This document shows positions 12,772 through 25,764 of a stretch of DNA of 64,000 nt, piece after piece (positions within the stretch are counted from its first letter, which is position 1; each line of letters opens with the position of its first letter). Below the pieces are notes generated by a model. It saw only the letters and a list, made by a program, of their open reading frames with translations, was not told the DNA's origin and ran no database searches. Location of the stretch: NCBI GenBank assembly GCA_951406725.2, contig OX597824.1, forward strand, positions 27,404,001 to 27,468,000. Reading direction: 5' to 3'. The stretch comes from Octopus vulgaris (taxonomy: Eukaryota). The translations under genes were made by a program, and so were the position numbers.

Positions 12772-13099
12772 CGGATACCGCTCAAAAGGTCCCTGAATAA
12801 GGGTTGTTTAAGGACGTTGAACGAAACACCCATGTTTCCAGAGGTGAATTATTCAAACCCCAAAGAATCCTTCTCAACACATGGCTATGATGCTCCCCCA
12901 CTACTTATGCTCGTGATCAGAGATGCACATATCGTCAGCCACTAAGGGACATGCTCAACTGGTTAAGGTCAAACAACTGACAAGCAAATCTGTGGTATTG
13001 AGCAGAATATTTGCTGTAGCCCATCTTTTAACCAAGACGAAACAATGTACATGATAACACTTCCAATCAGTTAAGATCAGAAGCCATGAGAGCCACTGC
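12772..13099 (-). mobile_element. (TAA)n-embedded interspersed repeat, copy 3 (partial)
   Basis: Direct repeat of about 12318-12647. Confidence 0.85.
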
Positions 13100-13145
<46 letters not shown>

Positions 13146-13849
13146 GTTGTTGTTGTTGTTGTTGTTACGGTTGCTGTTATTATTGTGTAATAAAAGCCTA
13201 TGCATTTTCGTTAAACTTCTCTCATCTTACGCTTACAATCTTGTACTTATTTGTATTGCCTCCCCATCGGTTGCCCTGGTGGCAAATAAATGAAATTATA
13301 ATAATTATTGTTTCTGTTATTGTTGCCGTTGTTATTGTTATATTTTAGTTCCCTCACTGCTTAAACATTGTTAGTATCTTCGATGATTTTACTCACATCA
13401 TCATCATCATCATCATCATTGTTTTCATTGATCTTTCCTAAATATCTTCGCCATCGCCACCACCATGTCTACCATCGCCATTAACCATTATTCTGATAAT
13501 TATTTCTATTATATTCCTCGCTCAGATATACCGACATAAACAAAGAATTTATACCCCCCGCACACTACCAACACAGCCACCAACTATATCCATCCATCCA
13601 TCCATCCATCCATCCATCTATCCATCCATTCAACCATCCATCCTTCTATCCATCCACCCATCCATCCATCCATCCATCCAACCAACAGCGATCTCGCTCA
13701 ATAACACCCCTCCCCACTTTACCAAATATTCCACCTCACCAAAGGAAACCGAACGAAAGGAAACTGAACCAGGGAATCGAAATAACAAATCATCCCTGAT
13801 TTGCTTCTCTCACCCTGACGGAGAGGGATAAGACAACAGGGTTATGCTC

Positions 13850-13999
13850 GTATACACACACACACACACACACTGACACACATATACACACACACACTCA
13901 CACACACGTTCGCGTGCGCGCACACACATATATAAATGCATGTAAATATATATGATCATTCATATGTATAAATACATATATATATATGTATATATAATT

Positions 14000-14039
<40 letters not shown>

Positions 14040-14867
14040 TCATAGAGATATCGTAAAGATATATATTGTTATATTTGCATATCCATATTAGTATATATAT
14101 ACATACACACGCACATATATATATTCGTATGTGTGTGATTATATGTATGCATGTATGTATATGTAATAGATCTATAACATAATATAATAATATATATATG
14201 TGTATGCATATATTTATATTTATGCATACACACATATATGCATACAAACACATGCATACACACATATATGCATACAAACACATGCATACACGTACACACA
14301 CATAGATATATACATACGCAAAAACATACATACATATCTTTTTCTGTCGTTTCAGCTCATATACATACATATACACACACATACACACATATACATACAC
14401 ACACATACACACATATATGGACTGATAATCGTAAGAATATGAAGAATTAGAAGTACAGTAAAAATACAATAAAAAACGACATGAAAAATTAGAGAAATAA
14501 ACAAAAAAAAAGCAAGTAAACGAACGTTAGAAAAAAAGAAGAAGAAAATCTGTTTGCGATGGTGAAGGAGATGGCTGTGGCATATAGATCGATAGGCCAT
14601 AAATCTGCAGCTAATTAACAATATCAATAATGAAGCTATCCATAACAAGGATGTTGAACAACGAGAGGTATCAATGCTAATGCAATTACGACGCCATTTT
14701 GCCGACGAATCAACCACTGTCCACCATTATTCTATTATTACTGCTATCGTAGTTATAAACGCATCCGCGTACGATACGGAAACTCCTGAAATATGTGTAT
14801 ACATAACATCGATGCATATAATCTCTGATATATTAACACACTCACACACACACACAAAAAGATATGC

Positions 14868-14949
<82 letters not shown>

Positions 14950-15030
14950 GTATATATATGCATATATATATGTATATATATATGTATATATATGTATATA
15001 TATGTGTATACATATATATATGTATGCATA

Positions 15031-15073
<43 letters not shown>

Positions 15074-15180
15074 TGTATGTATGTATGTATGTATATGTAT
15101 GTATATGTATGTATGTATATGTATATATGTATGTGCATATATGTATGTATGTATGTATCTATGTAGGTAGGTAGGTATAT
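13850..15180. repeat. Degenerate (CA)n/(TA)n/(TATG)n fields around a unique island at about 14420-14830
   Basis: Directly visible. Confidence 0.9.
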
Positions 15181-15719
15181 ATGTATAAGTATGTGGGCGT
15201 TTGCGTCTGTGATGTGTGTATATTGTGGAAAGGGATGAATTACTGAAAGTAAGTTTCGTGTAAAACTTCACGTAAACAAAACTGTTAATCCTTCTTTATG
15301 TATTTTTTCTTATTGGTCCTTTCTCTTTGTCATTCACCGGTCTTTCTTTTCTCTCTCTTTCTAGCTCCCTCACAATCTCCTTCCCTTTTATCTCCCCATT
15401 CACACTATTTTCTCTCACTCTCTCTTTTTCTCTTCCGGTCTTTGTTTTTTTATTATTTCTGTCTTCCCTACTTTCTTTCGCTCATCTTTCTTTCTTTCAC
15501 CCTTTCCCTCTTCCTTTCTTTCTTAATAGTAAGCAAATCAAAAAATAAAGACATATTCATGATCACTAATGGGTATTAGTACCGGTTTTTAAATATATCA
15601 GTCTCAGGCGTCTAAGGAACATAAAACGTAATGAATAGAATACCGCCAAGAATATCCCCACCGTCATCGCCGCAGCGATCGCCGCCGCAGCCGTTGCCGC
15701 CGCTATTCTCGAGTTTCCT

Positions 15720-15972
15720 TTATTCTTTCTTTTATTTGTTTCAGTCATTTGATTGCAGCCATGCTGGAGCACCGACTTTACTCGAACAAATCAACCCCAG
15801 GATTTATTCTTTGTAAACCCAGAACTTATTCTATCTGTTTCTTTTGCCGAACCGTTAAATTACGGGGACGTAAACATAGCAACAACGGTTGTCAAGCAAT
15901 GATGTAGTGGCGGGGGAACAAACACAGATACACAAACATATACATATACATACATACATGCATGCATAAATG

Positions 15973-16036
<64 letters not shown>

Positions 16037-16205
16037 CATATATACAACTGGCTGCTTTCAGTTTCCGTCTACCAAATCCACTCACAAGGCTTTAGTCGGC
16101 CGGAAGTTATAATAGAAGACAGTTGCCCAAGGTGCTATGCAGCGGGACTGAACCCAGAACCATGTGATTGATAAGCAAGCTACTTACCCCACATTACTGC
16201 TCCTA
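15720..16205 (-). mobile_element. Full-length SINE family B
   Basis: Reverse complement of 9447-9847 with an expanded internal (CA)n. Confidence 0.9.
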
Positions 16206-16592
16206 ATGAAATTTCAGAAAACCGGATCTGTGCATGATGATAGAAGAACGAGACGTCCAAGAAAATCTGGATAAAGAAATGAATATATTTGAGAAACATT
16301 TGAACAGGATCTGCAGTTATCTTCTCGTAGAAAGCTCACATGTTAGAAATTCAACGTGCATCTATCCACAGAATCCTGTGAAGTGAATTGAGTAAAGAAA
16401 GAAAAGCTTGTGGACATTCAAGTTTTTCAAAACCTAGAACAGGATTATCCACACTGATCAGCGATGTGTACCGAGCTTATTCATCAAATTGAATGTGCCA
16501 ATTTAATCAACGACATTCTGTTCGGCGATAAAATTACTTCCCACACTTGTGGAATGGTTAATCGTCATAATTGCCGCATTTGGGAAAGCGAC
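16206..16592 (+). pseudogene. Degenerate Tc1/mariner-superfamily transposase fragment (rosa/DD41D-like); missed by the ORF track
   Basis: Hand translation gives MKFQKTGSVHDDRRTRRPRK (KFxxTGSV...GRPR motif) and ILFGDKITSHTCGMVNRHNCRIWES (cf. FSDEAxFHLxGxVNxxNCRIW); stops and frameshifts between them. Confidence 0.75.
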
Positions 16593-16734
16593 ATTTGGAG
16601 TGTCTTCTTGTATGATTCTGGATGAAACAACTAGTAATAAATTCGTTGTTGTTGTTGTTGTTCTTATTCAGCCCAAGATTAGGCCAGTCTTGTTCGCGCA
16701 GAACTATGATGAAACCCAATTCATCTGCGAATAT

Positions 16735-17030
16735 CCATCCTTTTTCTCAGTCCACTGTGCCTAGGAGGTGCCTAGGAGGTGTAGAGTCCTAAAGTCCCTC
16801 CTTCATAAGGCTCTCTCAGAAGCAACTGTAATTACACTTTCGGACTGGATTCCCAAGTGCGACCAACTGAGTCTACGGATATTTCCAAGTCATTATATTC
16901 TTGGTCTCCTAATAGTTGCCTCCCCTTGAAAAATCTCTCGTATGATCCTTTCCTACCAGAGGCAATCTAATCACATAATCATAGTAATGCGATAGCTTCA
17001 GCATTCGATCTTCAGAAGCGGAGATGGTAA
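16735..17030 (-). mobile_element. RTE-clade LINE 3' end, degenerate
   Basis: Reverse complement ctcagttggtcgcacttgggaatccag...gttgcttctgagagagccttatg...ggatggat is homologous to 23290-23520. Confidence 0.6.
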
Positions 17031-17325
17031 AAAAAAAAAAAGATCTTAAATTTGATTTTCGTGTGTCCTCACCAATGGTTCCGAATGTTGGGTAATGACC
17101 AAGAGAGAATGATTGCAAATACAAGAGGCTGAATTGGAATCGCTCCGAAGGATCTCTGACATTATTCGACAGAATACATCGTTCATCTACGATTATTACG
17201 TCCTCTTATTGTAATGCCTAATTTTGTTCTAGTGAGTACTTTGTTCCTTTAGTGGACAAAGTACTCACTAGTAAAATGTGATTTGCGGGAAATATCACTG
17301 CTGTTTCTTGCAAATCAAGACCTGG

Positions 17326-17771
17326 TTGAGCTGGCAGAAACGTTAGCACGCTGGGAGAACTGCTTAGCAGTATTTCGTCTGCCGTTACGTTCTGAGTTCA
17401 AATTCCGCTGAGGTCGACTTTGCCTTTCATCCTTTCGGGGTCGATAAATTAAGTACCAGTCACGCACTGGCATCGATATAATCGACTTAATCCCTTTGTC
17501 TGTCCTTGTTTGTCCCCTCCATGTTTAGCCCCTTGAGGGCAGTAAAGAAATAAGAACCGTTAGCACGCCGGGCGAAATGCGTAGCTGTATTTCGTCTGCC
17601 GTTATGTTCTGAGTTCAAATTCCGCCGAGGTTAACTTTGCCTTTCACCCTTTCGGGGTCGATAAATTAAGTACCAGTCACGCACTGGGATCGATATAATC
17701 GACTTAATCCCTTTATCTGTCCTTGTTTGCCCTCTCCATGTTTAGCCCCTTGTGAGCAATAAAGAAATAAG
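17326..17771 (+). mobile_element. Head-to-tail dimer of SINE family A (tail-1 type) inside one 12-bp TSD
   Basis: Two near-identical units of about 220 bp; atcaagacctgg at 17314-17325 and 17772-17783. Confidence 0.9.
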
Positions 17772-18369
17772 ATCAAGACCTGGGAGGTCCAACGTCAGAT
17801 GAACGCCATCACCTTCCTGACTACCTCATTTATATATGAGGCTCCTAATCTTAAAGTACCAATTATGTATTTTATACAGACAAAAAAAAAAAAGCATGCG
17901 TGACTTGATGGGGAACTTGTTTCCTATTTCTTGTAGAACGAATGACCACATAGAATATCTCTCTCTCTCTGGATCGATAGCGACTTTTCAAATGATTAAT
18001 GATAGGCTGTATCCATAAGAGAACGATCTGACGGGAGATAATCAATATAAAGATGCTGAAAGTGTTTGTTGAGGTGAAAATCAACAACATTGTTATTCAG
18101 TTTGTATATGGAAGGTAATGTTTAACGTAGGTTTGTCCTCATCAGTGAAGGATTCGCATGTTTTGGTCACTAACGATGTTGAGAATTATTGTTTGTTGTT
18201 TTTTCCGTTCGCCTCCAATCGTGCTTGACATTATGGAAGGGCAAATAGCAGATCGACAGATGTAGGGATTGCAAAGATGCCTTTCTGCAGATTCAGGAAT
18301 ACGATTTTTATATTTTTAGGGGAAAAAAATACCTGAAGGAAAAAAATACCTACAGGAAAAGAATTTGAG

Positions 18370-18457
18370 GGAAAATGAATAAAGAAAAGAGAGGGAGAGA
18401 GGGGAAGAAAAATAGAAGCAACGAGAATAGTGAGGGAGAAAGAAAAAAACAGATAGC

Positions 18458-18512
<55 letters not shown>

Positions 18513-19250
18513 GAGACAGAGAAAGAGAGAGAGAGAAAGAGAGAGAGAGATAGAAAAATAGAGAATCAAAGAAGCTAAGAAAGGGGCTAAATAAGAAAGA
18601 AAATGAAAAGGGATTCTATTGAGGATAAGATGCATGGGAGAGATAAATATGTTTTATAGTGATTGATGGAACGGGTATTGAACCCGTCACCTGGAGTTCA
18701 GGGTTAGCGACTGAAGATGTCACCACTAGAGGCTACGGGTGTGGAGAAGATGTGATAGTTGATTATCGAGATTGAGGGAGAGATTAGGGAGAAAAAGTGA
18801 GAGAGATATGGAAATAGCGTATGGGTGCGTTTTTTCTTTTTCTTTTTTTTTTTGTTGAGAGATAAGTTCGGAGTGAAAGAATGTGTATTAGAGAGAGGGG
18901 GAGAGAGGGATAGACAGTAAAGAAAAGAATGGGGGAGAGAAGGTAGAGAAGGAAAGAGACGGAGAGAGAGAGAAAGAAAGAGAGAATGAGGTGAGGAAGA
19001 GAGAGAGAGAAGGAGAGAGAGAGGAAGGGAGCGTGAAGGTGATGGAGAGAGAGAGAGAGAGACGGAAAGAGAGGAAGAGAGAGAATGACACGAAAATAGA
19101 AACAGAGTGTGTATGTGCGTGGTTTGGAAAGAGAAAGCGAAATGAAAGTGAAAGAATATGTATCAGAGATGAGGAAGAGAAACAAAGAGCGGGAGGGAGA
19201 GGGAGAGAAGATGAGTGAGAGGAGGAGAGAGAGGGAAGTGAGGGAGAGGA
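18370..19250. repeat. Purine-rich (GA)n low-complexity region
   Basis: Directly visible. Confidence 0.9.
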
Positions 19251-20007
19251 TCTACGATAGAAACCGTTATGAGTGCTCAAAATTAAGATTAAGGAAAATG
19301 TAATAGATTTGTATTAAAGCCAAAACCTAAAAATGTTTACATAACAATGTCTTAAAGACTGGAGAAAATTTAATTTTTGTAGGATTTCGTGAGAGATTAT
19401 CGAAGGCTCTAAAAATCAAGTGGGGAATTAAAAAAATCTATCCGCAAATCGGAGTCCCAACTGAAGTACACGTGAAACTGTTGGCTCCGCTAAAGTATTC
19501 CGGGGACAAATGGTGGGGCGAAAAAGAACACCCTCTTATTAACATTTTCTTAACACATACAACCCACCCGACATGTTTAGGAATTGACTAAACACAATGT
19601 CTCCCGCAACACAACTCTGGTCTTCAAATTGGTTGCCTTTTCTTCACAAAAAGGAACTCCAAAGTGGGGAGAAAAGAGAAGGGTAGTGGTAGAGAAAGAG
19701 ACACATGTACCCAGGAAAGTATGTATCCAGGAATAGCTAATCTAATAACACTTAAAATTTTGAAGAGGTTATATCATGTTTTAAACTAAATTTGGCTCTT
19801 AATGTTATCCCGTCAAATCACTGCTTACAAGCTGTATTCGCTGGCTTATTGCACGGCAATTTGCTATTTCCATAATTGATATTGTTTATTTTCGCAACAT
19901 ACCATTTGTAAAGAGAGAGAGAATTACTGCAAAATTTCTGCCCTGAGCACCTAGAATACTTGTATTGATTTAATCACTAAATTAACTCTTAGACTGGTGA
20001 AGGTCTT

Positions 20008-20170
20008 AAAGCGGCGAGCTGGCAGAGTTGTTAACATGCCAGACAAAATTCAGGCTCTTTACGCTATAAGTTCAAATTCTGCAATGATCAACCCTGCCTT
20101 TCATTCTTTCTGGAGTCGATGAAATAAAGTACCACCCAAAGACTGAGAGAGATGTTATCGACTTGTTCGG
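20008..20170 (+). mobile_element. SINE family A, degenerate
   Basis: aaagcggcgagctggcagagttgttaacatgcc...gcctttcattctttctggagtcgat. Confidence 0.8.
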
Positions 20171-20177
20171 TCTCATG

Positions 20178-20520
20178 AAAGATTTAATTCTTTATTAGCC
20201 AAGATGGGGTCATAAATAAAAAGCCGGTACAGTTTTATCAAACATAAACGGCTAAAAATTGCAAGTGTAAGCATATAACACGACAGTGGTACCCAAAAGG
20301 GGGAGTATTCTGGGTTGGTCATGGAAACCCCCACAAACCACAAGAGAAAACGTCCTTGCTTCCAAAATGATCCCAAGCCACGCACATTTAAGCAGCTTAA
20401 CTTGAGCAAAAACCCAATAAATTAAAGCACTACTTAGTTTTTGGGCTGTGGAGAGAGTGAGAGATTTTTCTCACTTTTCAGGGTGGCTGTGAGAGTTTCC
20501 ACGACCAGGTTTTTGTATAG
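20178..20520 (-). mobile_element. Possible L1/Tx1-type LINE relic (AP-endonuclease N-terminus joined to a 3' end)
   Basis: LKLSCLNVRGL matches the NVRGL start of APE domains; AATAAA follows about 200 bp later. Confidence 0.4.
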
Positions 20521-20593
20521 ACTTTTCGTTATTGCTGTGTCTCATAAAAAATTACTGACCTTGTAACAAAGTTTGAAACTATTATATATATAA

Positions 20594-20660
<67 letters not shown>

Positions 20661-20686
20661 GTCTGTATGTATGTATATATATACTT

Positions 20687-20910
20687 TATTAAAAAGCAGC
20701 AAAAGTATAACAAAAACTGTTACTCATGTTTCACGTTCCCGTTCATCGGACAATTTTGTTTAGAATCTAAGCAAAACTGTCCGACGTGCGGGAACGTGAA
20801 ACTCTGAGTAACAGCTTTTGTGATATTTCTGCAGCTTTTTAATACACCATATTACTCTACCTCTGGTAATCGAGTACTATTTTTCCACCTTGTTTCGCCT
20901 TTATGTGCTT
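20687..20910. mobile_element. Fold-back Penelope-like terminal repeat with a minimal hammerhead-like motif in each arm
   Basis: Imperfect inverted arms 20687-20764 and 20766-20844; arm consensus ctgt-CCGATGA-acg ggaa cgt-GAAA-ctc t gag-TA-acag. Confidence 0.7.
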
Positions 20911-20917
20911 ACTCTGG

Positions 20918-20951
<34 letters not shown>

Positions 20952-21079
20952 GTGTGTATGCGTAAGAAACAAAATAAAGAAATGGTCATTGCATACAGAT
21001 CCTGCATTGGAGCAAATTTAGCTTATATATTCGTAGAGAACTTTATAATTATTGATACTTTGATTTTTGTCCCGGTTTT

Positions 21080-21343
21080 AAATCAGCCGGTTCGTGAAAT
21101 TAACGTGCAGGTGGCGGAACACTACAGATACGAATACTCGTAACATATTTCTCAAGGAAAGTGAGTATGATTCAGAATGTGACCAGGGTGGCCCTTTGAA
21201 ATACTGGTAAAACTCAATTTTGCCAGCTGAGTTGACTGGAGCAATGAAAAATGAAGTGTCTTACTAAAGAACACAAGGCACAGCCGGGAAACGAACACAC
21301 GACATTAGGATCGAGAGCCGAACAATCTATCTTCTAAGCCACG
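21080..21343 (-). mobile_element. SINE family D (CORE-like body plus family C tail)
   Basis: cgtgaaattaacgtgcag...ggccctttgaaatac is the reverse complement of the family C tail; the head side carries cacttcatttt...ttgctccagtcaactcagctggcaaaa. Confidence 0.75.
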
Positions 21344-21759
21344 GATTTCCTCTCTCCAGAAATATACCGTCAGTCATGTACTACAACCCACAACTGTCCC
21401 TGATTGATTCAGTAGTGATGAGGACTAAATGCATTCTTATATGTAGAAACGACCGAAAGAATTCCAATTTTTGCGAAGACAACTTTAACATTCATTTATT
21501 TCATGATTAATAAAATACGTACCAGTAATTCCGCTTTCATTCTTTGTCTCTCTCCCCACTCTCTCGCTCATCCTTAGAAATGGTCCTTCTGCGCCACTAG
21601 AGTCTTGCGGATGTTTCAGACAAAGTTCCAATTCCTTCTCTCGAAGAACTGGAGGTGTGCTGTATTCAGGATTAGCAAATTCTTTTCATTTGTCGTGTTT
21701 CTAAAACCGTCCAAATAAGCCTGAGAACAACTTAATCCATTTTCTTTTCGTCCTCCTTT

Positions 21760-22367
21760 CTATCATCATCATCATCACAATCGTCATCATCATCATCCTT
21801 ATCCTCCTCCTCCTCCTCCTCATCATCATCATCATCCTCGTCGTCATCATCCCTATCATCATCATCAGCAGCAGCAGCAGTAGCAACAGCAGCATATTCA
21901 TGATCACGAACAGCAAAACGCCACATGTTGCCCAGTACCACCACCACCAACACCACCAACATCATCATCATCATCATTATCATCATCATCATCATCATCA
22001 TCATCACCACCACCACCACCACCACCACCACCACTACACACACCACCATCATCACATAAGCATCATCGACGCAAGACTGATCATTGTCACTTCGCCGTTG
22101 TTGTCATCATCATCATCATTATCATCCTCATTGTCATCATCATCATGATCATCATCATCATTGTCATCATCATCATTCTACTTTTTCTACCCATCCTCCT
22201 CCTTCACCTCTTCATTGCCATCGTCATCACAACCATCACCACCATCATCATTATCATTATCATCTACCACCATCACCACCACCACCATCACCATCATCAT
22301 CATCATCATCATCACCACCACCACCACCACCACCACCATCACCACCACCACCACCACCACCACCACC

Positions 22368-22427
<60 letters not shown>

Positions 22428-22792
22428 GTCGTCGTCGTCATCGTCGACGTCATTAAAACAAAAAAAGACGTTTTAATGAACCAAAATGGAGATGCCACTC
22501 TGTACGTGCGTATGTGCGTCCGTTTGTCTGTGTGTGTGTGTGTGTGTGTTTGTGTGTGTAGTTTAGTGTGTGCGGTTGAGTAGGTAGGTATGTAGGTAGG
22601 TAGGTAGGTAGGTATGTAATGGGTGGCGGAGGGGGTGTGGAGGGCAGGAAACATGCCAGCTAATTGCAACAACTAATTAACATATGAAGAAACATGAAAT
22701 GAAGTTAATATCAGAAAATAAAGTTAATTAGATATAATCAAAATTTCGGGCCTTAATTACTTAATTAAACAAATTTCATTTCACATGTTTAT

Positions 22793-22878
<86 letters not shown>

Positions 22879-23012
22879 TCACCACTGCCACCAACAACAC
22901 CATTGCCGCTTCAACCACCGCGACCACTACAACCACCACCACCACTACCACCACCACAGCCGCCGCCGCCGCTACCACAACCACCACCACCACCACCACC
23001 ACCACCACCACT
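21760..23012. repeat. (CAT/CAC/TAC)n trinucleotide fields
   Basis: Directly visible; source of the poly-H/P/T/S ORFs. Confidence 0.95.
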
Positions 23013-23289
23013 ACTGGCAGCAGACTGAGCTGTGTTCTACAGTAAGTACTTTTTTTCTACTTAGTTACGATCCATTATGTTCTGTGTTCATATCTTTGTG
23101 AGGTTAACATTCACTTTCTTTCTGTGAAGATTAATCAAGTAGGTACCAGTAATATTATGTGTTCTCCCGAGTGTGGCTCTTGATTAAAAACTACTCCTTA
23201 GTTGCCAATGGAACAAGAGAATACTCCTTATCATCATCCTTCTGATGACAATTTAAATTTTTCCTCGATATAGAATTAGAATATCACAA

Positions 23290-23520
23290 GAAAGAATAGC
23301 TAGATAGATTATTTGAATCGAGCCTGCCAGTAGCTGATCTAAGGGTAGATCAAGAAAGATATGATTGGATAATACTCGTAATCTCAGTTGGTCACACTTG
23401 AGTGTCCATCTGGGAAATGCAACGACTGTTGCTTGTGATAAAGCCCTATGGTGAGGTGCACGAGGACTCCGCTCTCAGGACTCCTCCAGGAATAGCTGGG
23501 AGTGAAGATGGATGGATGGA
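23290..23520 (+). mobile_element. RTE-clade (Expander/Rex3-like) LINE 3' end with (GGAT)n tail
   Basis: Translates roughly SKGRSRKI*LDNTRNLSWSHLSV...VACDKALW (cf. GRPRxRWxD...VAxDRxxW); ends gatggatggatgga; homologous to 16735-17030. Confidence 0.65.
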
Positions 23521-23639
23521 TAAACAAATTTTCTAATGCTGGTTTGTGTTGTTTTATTTTGCTTTACTGTTTAGCCATGCAGAGGAAGTTAGCGCTTTTG
23601 AGACCTGTTTTTGGGCTTTTGAATGTAACTAGCACTCTA

Positions 23640-23925
23640 TCGGCTACGACGGCAATTTTTCAAGTTGATCTGATCAATGGAACAGCCTAAAATTAAAGTG
23701 CAAGTTTCTGAAAACGTCACAAACACGGGTACCCTTAACATAGCTCTCAGATAGATTCATCGTATCACAGAATATGACAAGTTTGGCCCTTTGAAGTACG
23801 GATACTACATGTTTTCACCAGCTAGGTGGTCTGGAGTAAGGTGATATAAAGTGTCTCGCACTAGGACACAACAGAGCTGGGAATCGAACTCATAAACTTA
23901 CAAACGTGAACCGAATAATCTAGGC
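23640..23925 (-). mobile_element. SINE family D, degenerate
   Basis: Collinear with 21080-21343; B box gagttcgattccc on the minus strand. Confidence 0.7.
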
Positions 23926-24135
23926 GCTTTCTACTGGAAGCACAACGCCTCAAATTTGGAGGAAGGGATTAAGTTGATTACATCAACCCCAGTGCGTAAC
24001 AAGTACTTATTTAATCGACTCTGAAAAGATAAAAGGCAAAGGCGACTCGGTGGAATTTGAACTCAGAACGTGGAGACGTACGAAATACCGCAAAGCATTT
24101 TGCTCGGAGTGCTAACGATTCTGCCAGCTCACCGC
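23926..24135 (-). mobile_element. SINE family A
   Basis: Reverse complement of the family A core; ends ctgccagctcaccgc. Confidence 0.85.
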
Positions 24136-24868
24136 TGTACTCTAGGCACAAAGTCAAGCACTTTCACAACTTCATTTATCGACTTCGAAATCAATGACGG
24201 AGAAAACCGATCTCGCCAGGATAAGAACTTCGGGAAGAGAGAGGTGGAGTAAAAATCGTAAGGTAGTTTTAGCTACAGTTTAACAATTGTACCATCTCTT
24301 CGAAACATATGTAGTAATATGTAAATATCTTATTTATATATTTTAACTCGACCTGGATTTTAAATAATTTCTCATTGCATATCTTACTAACTTAACCTAT
24401 ATTAACCCACAGTTCTACTTTGAGGACATTTGCATTTGCTTCATTTACTACAATAAAGGTTAACTACACTCAAAATAAGGCTTGTATTTATTTAACTATT
24501 GTATTTAGTTTATTCACTGCAATAAAGGTTAACTGGACGCTTCCGTATGTTTGTTATACCTATTTATATAACTATCTCTAAAATTTCGACAGGGTGAACC
24601 TGGGTTATATGGGTTAATTTAGTTTAAACTAGAAGAGATTTTATCCCCTTTATTGGTAAATTTCTTTAAGCAAACCAGGAATATATCCACTACTTATCGA
24701 AAACTAAACATTCTAAAGTCAGCGATCAATTTACACCATATTATCAAGAGGACTTTTATGATTCATTTATGAGCTCATCTTATATTAGTAATTAGAATAT
24801 ATGAAGATACCCTACGTTCATGCTTTACAAAAGCCTCTATGATTATTGTCATTATTATTGCCAGTAAT

Positions 24869-25665
24869 AAAGCGACGATCTGGTAGAATCGTTAGCAGGC
24901 CGGACAAAATGATTTGTGGAATTTCTTCCAACTTAGTGTTCTGAGTTCATACTCCACCGAAGTAGATTTTGCCTTACATTCTTCAGGGATTGAAAGAACC
25001 AGTTGAAAAATGAAATCGATGTAAACGATTAGCCCTCTAACCCGAAATTTCAGGGCTTCAGTCTACAATGTAGAAAACATTATCTTTATTATTAAGGTGG
25101 TGAGCGAGCAGAATCATTCGCGAAGCGGATAAAATGCTCAACTGCATCTGTTTCAGTTCTTTACATTTTGAGTTTAATTTCCACCCGTTCATCATTCCGG
25201 AGTTGATAAAATAAATACCAGAGAAGCAATGTCGTAGATGGAACCGATTCCGCGCCTACTTAACGCAATTGCTGGTCCTGTGCTAACTTCATTATCATCA
25301 TTAGTAATAATACTTTCAAATTTTGGCACGGTACTTATTTTATCGACCCCGAAAACAATGAAAGGCAAAGTGGACCTGCGCAGAATTTAAACACACAACC
25401 TAAAGATGGACAAAATGCCGCTAAATATTTTTCCTGTGCGCTAACGATTCTGCCAGTTCACCACTCTCAATACTAATAATTTCTAATAAAGGCACGAGGC
25501 CTGTAATTTTAGAAGAGGAGACTAGTCTATTATATCGACCCCAGAGTTTTACTGGTATTTACTTTACCGACTCCGAAAGGATGAAAGGCAAATTGGACCT
25601 CGGCGGGATTTGAGATCAGTACGTAGCGACGGGCGAAATACTGCTAAGCATTTCGTTCACATTAC
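24869..25665. mobile_element. Cluster of four old family A SINEs (two plus, then two minus)
   Basis: Copies at about 24869-25080 (+), 25093-25290 (+), 25315-25465 (-) and 25480-25665 (-). Confidence 0.75.
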
Positions 25666-25764
25666 CAATTTCAGTAATAATAATAATCATAACAACAACA
25701 GCAACAACAATAGTAATAATAATAATAATAATATTAATGAAACCTCCCGTCGAAGACGACGTAT

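Noticed and set aside
18120-18150. Minus-strand CTGATGA as a hammerhead core (also 23242 and 35433)
   Set aside because: No correctly placed stem II, GAAA and closing stems
18668-18738. tRNA-like sequence on the minus strand
   Set aside because: Only a B-box hairpin and a weak A box; probably a decayed SINE head that I cannot assign
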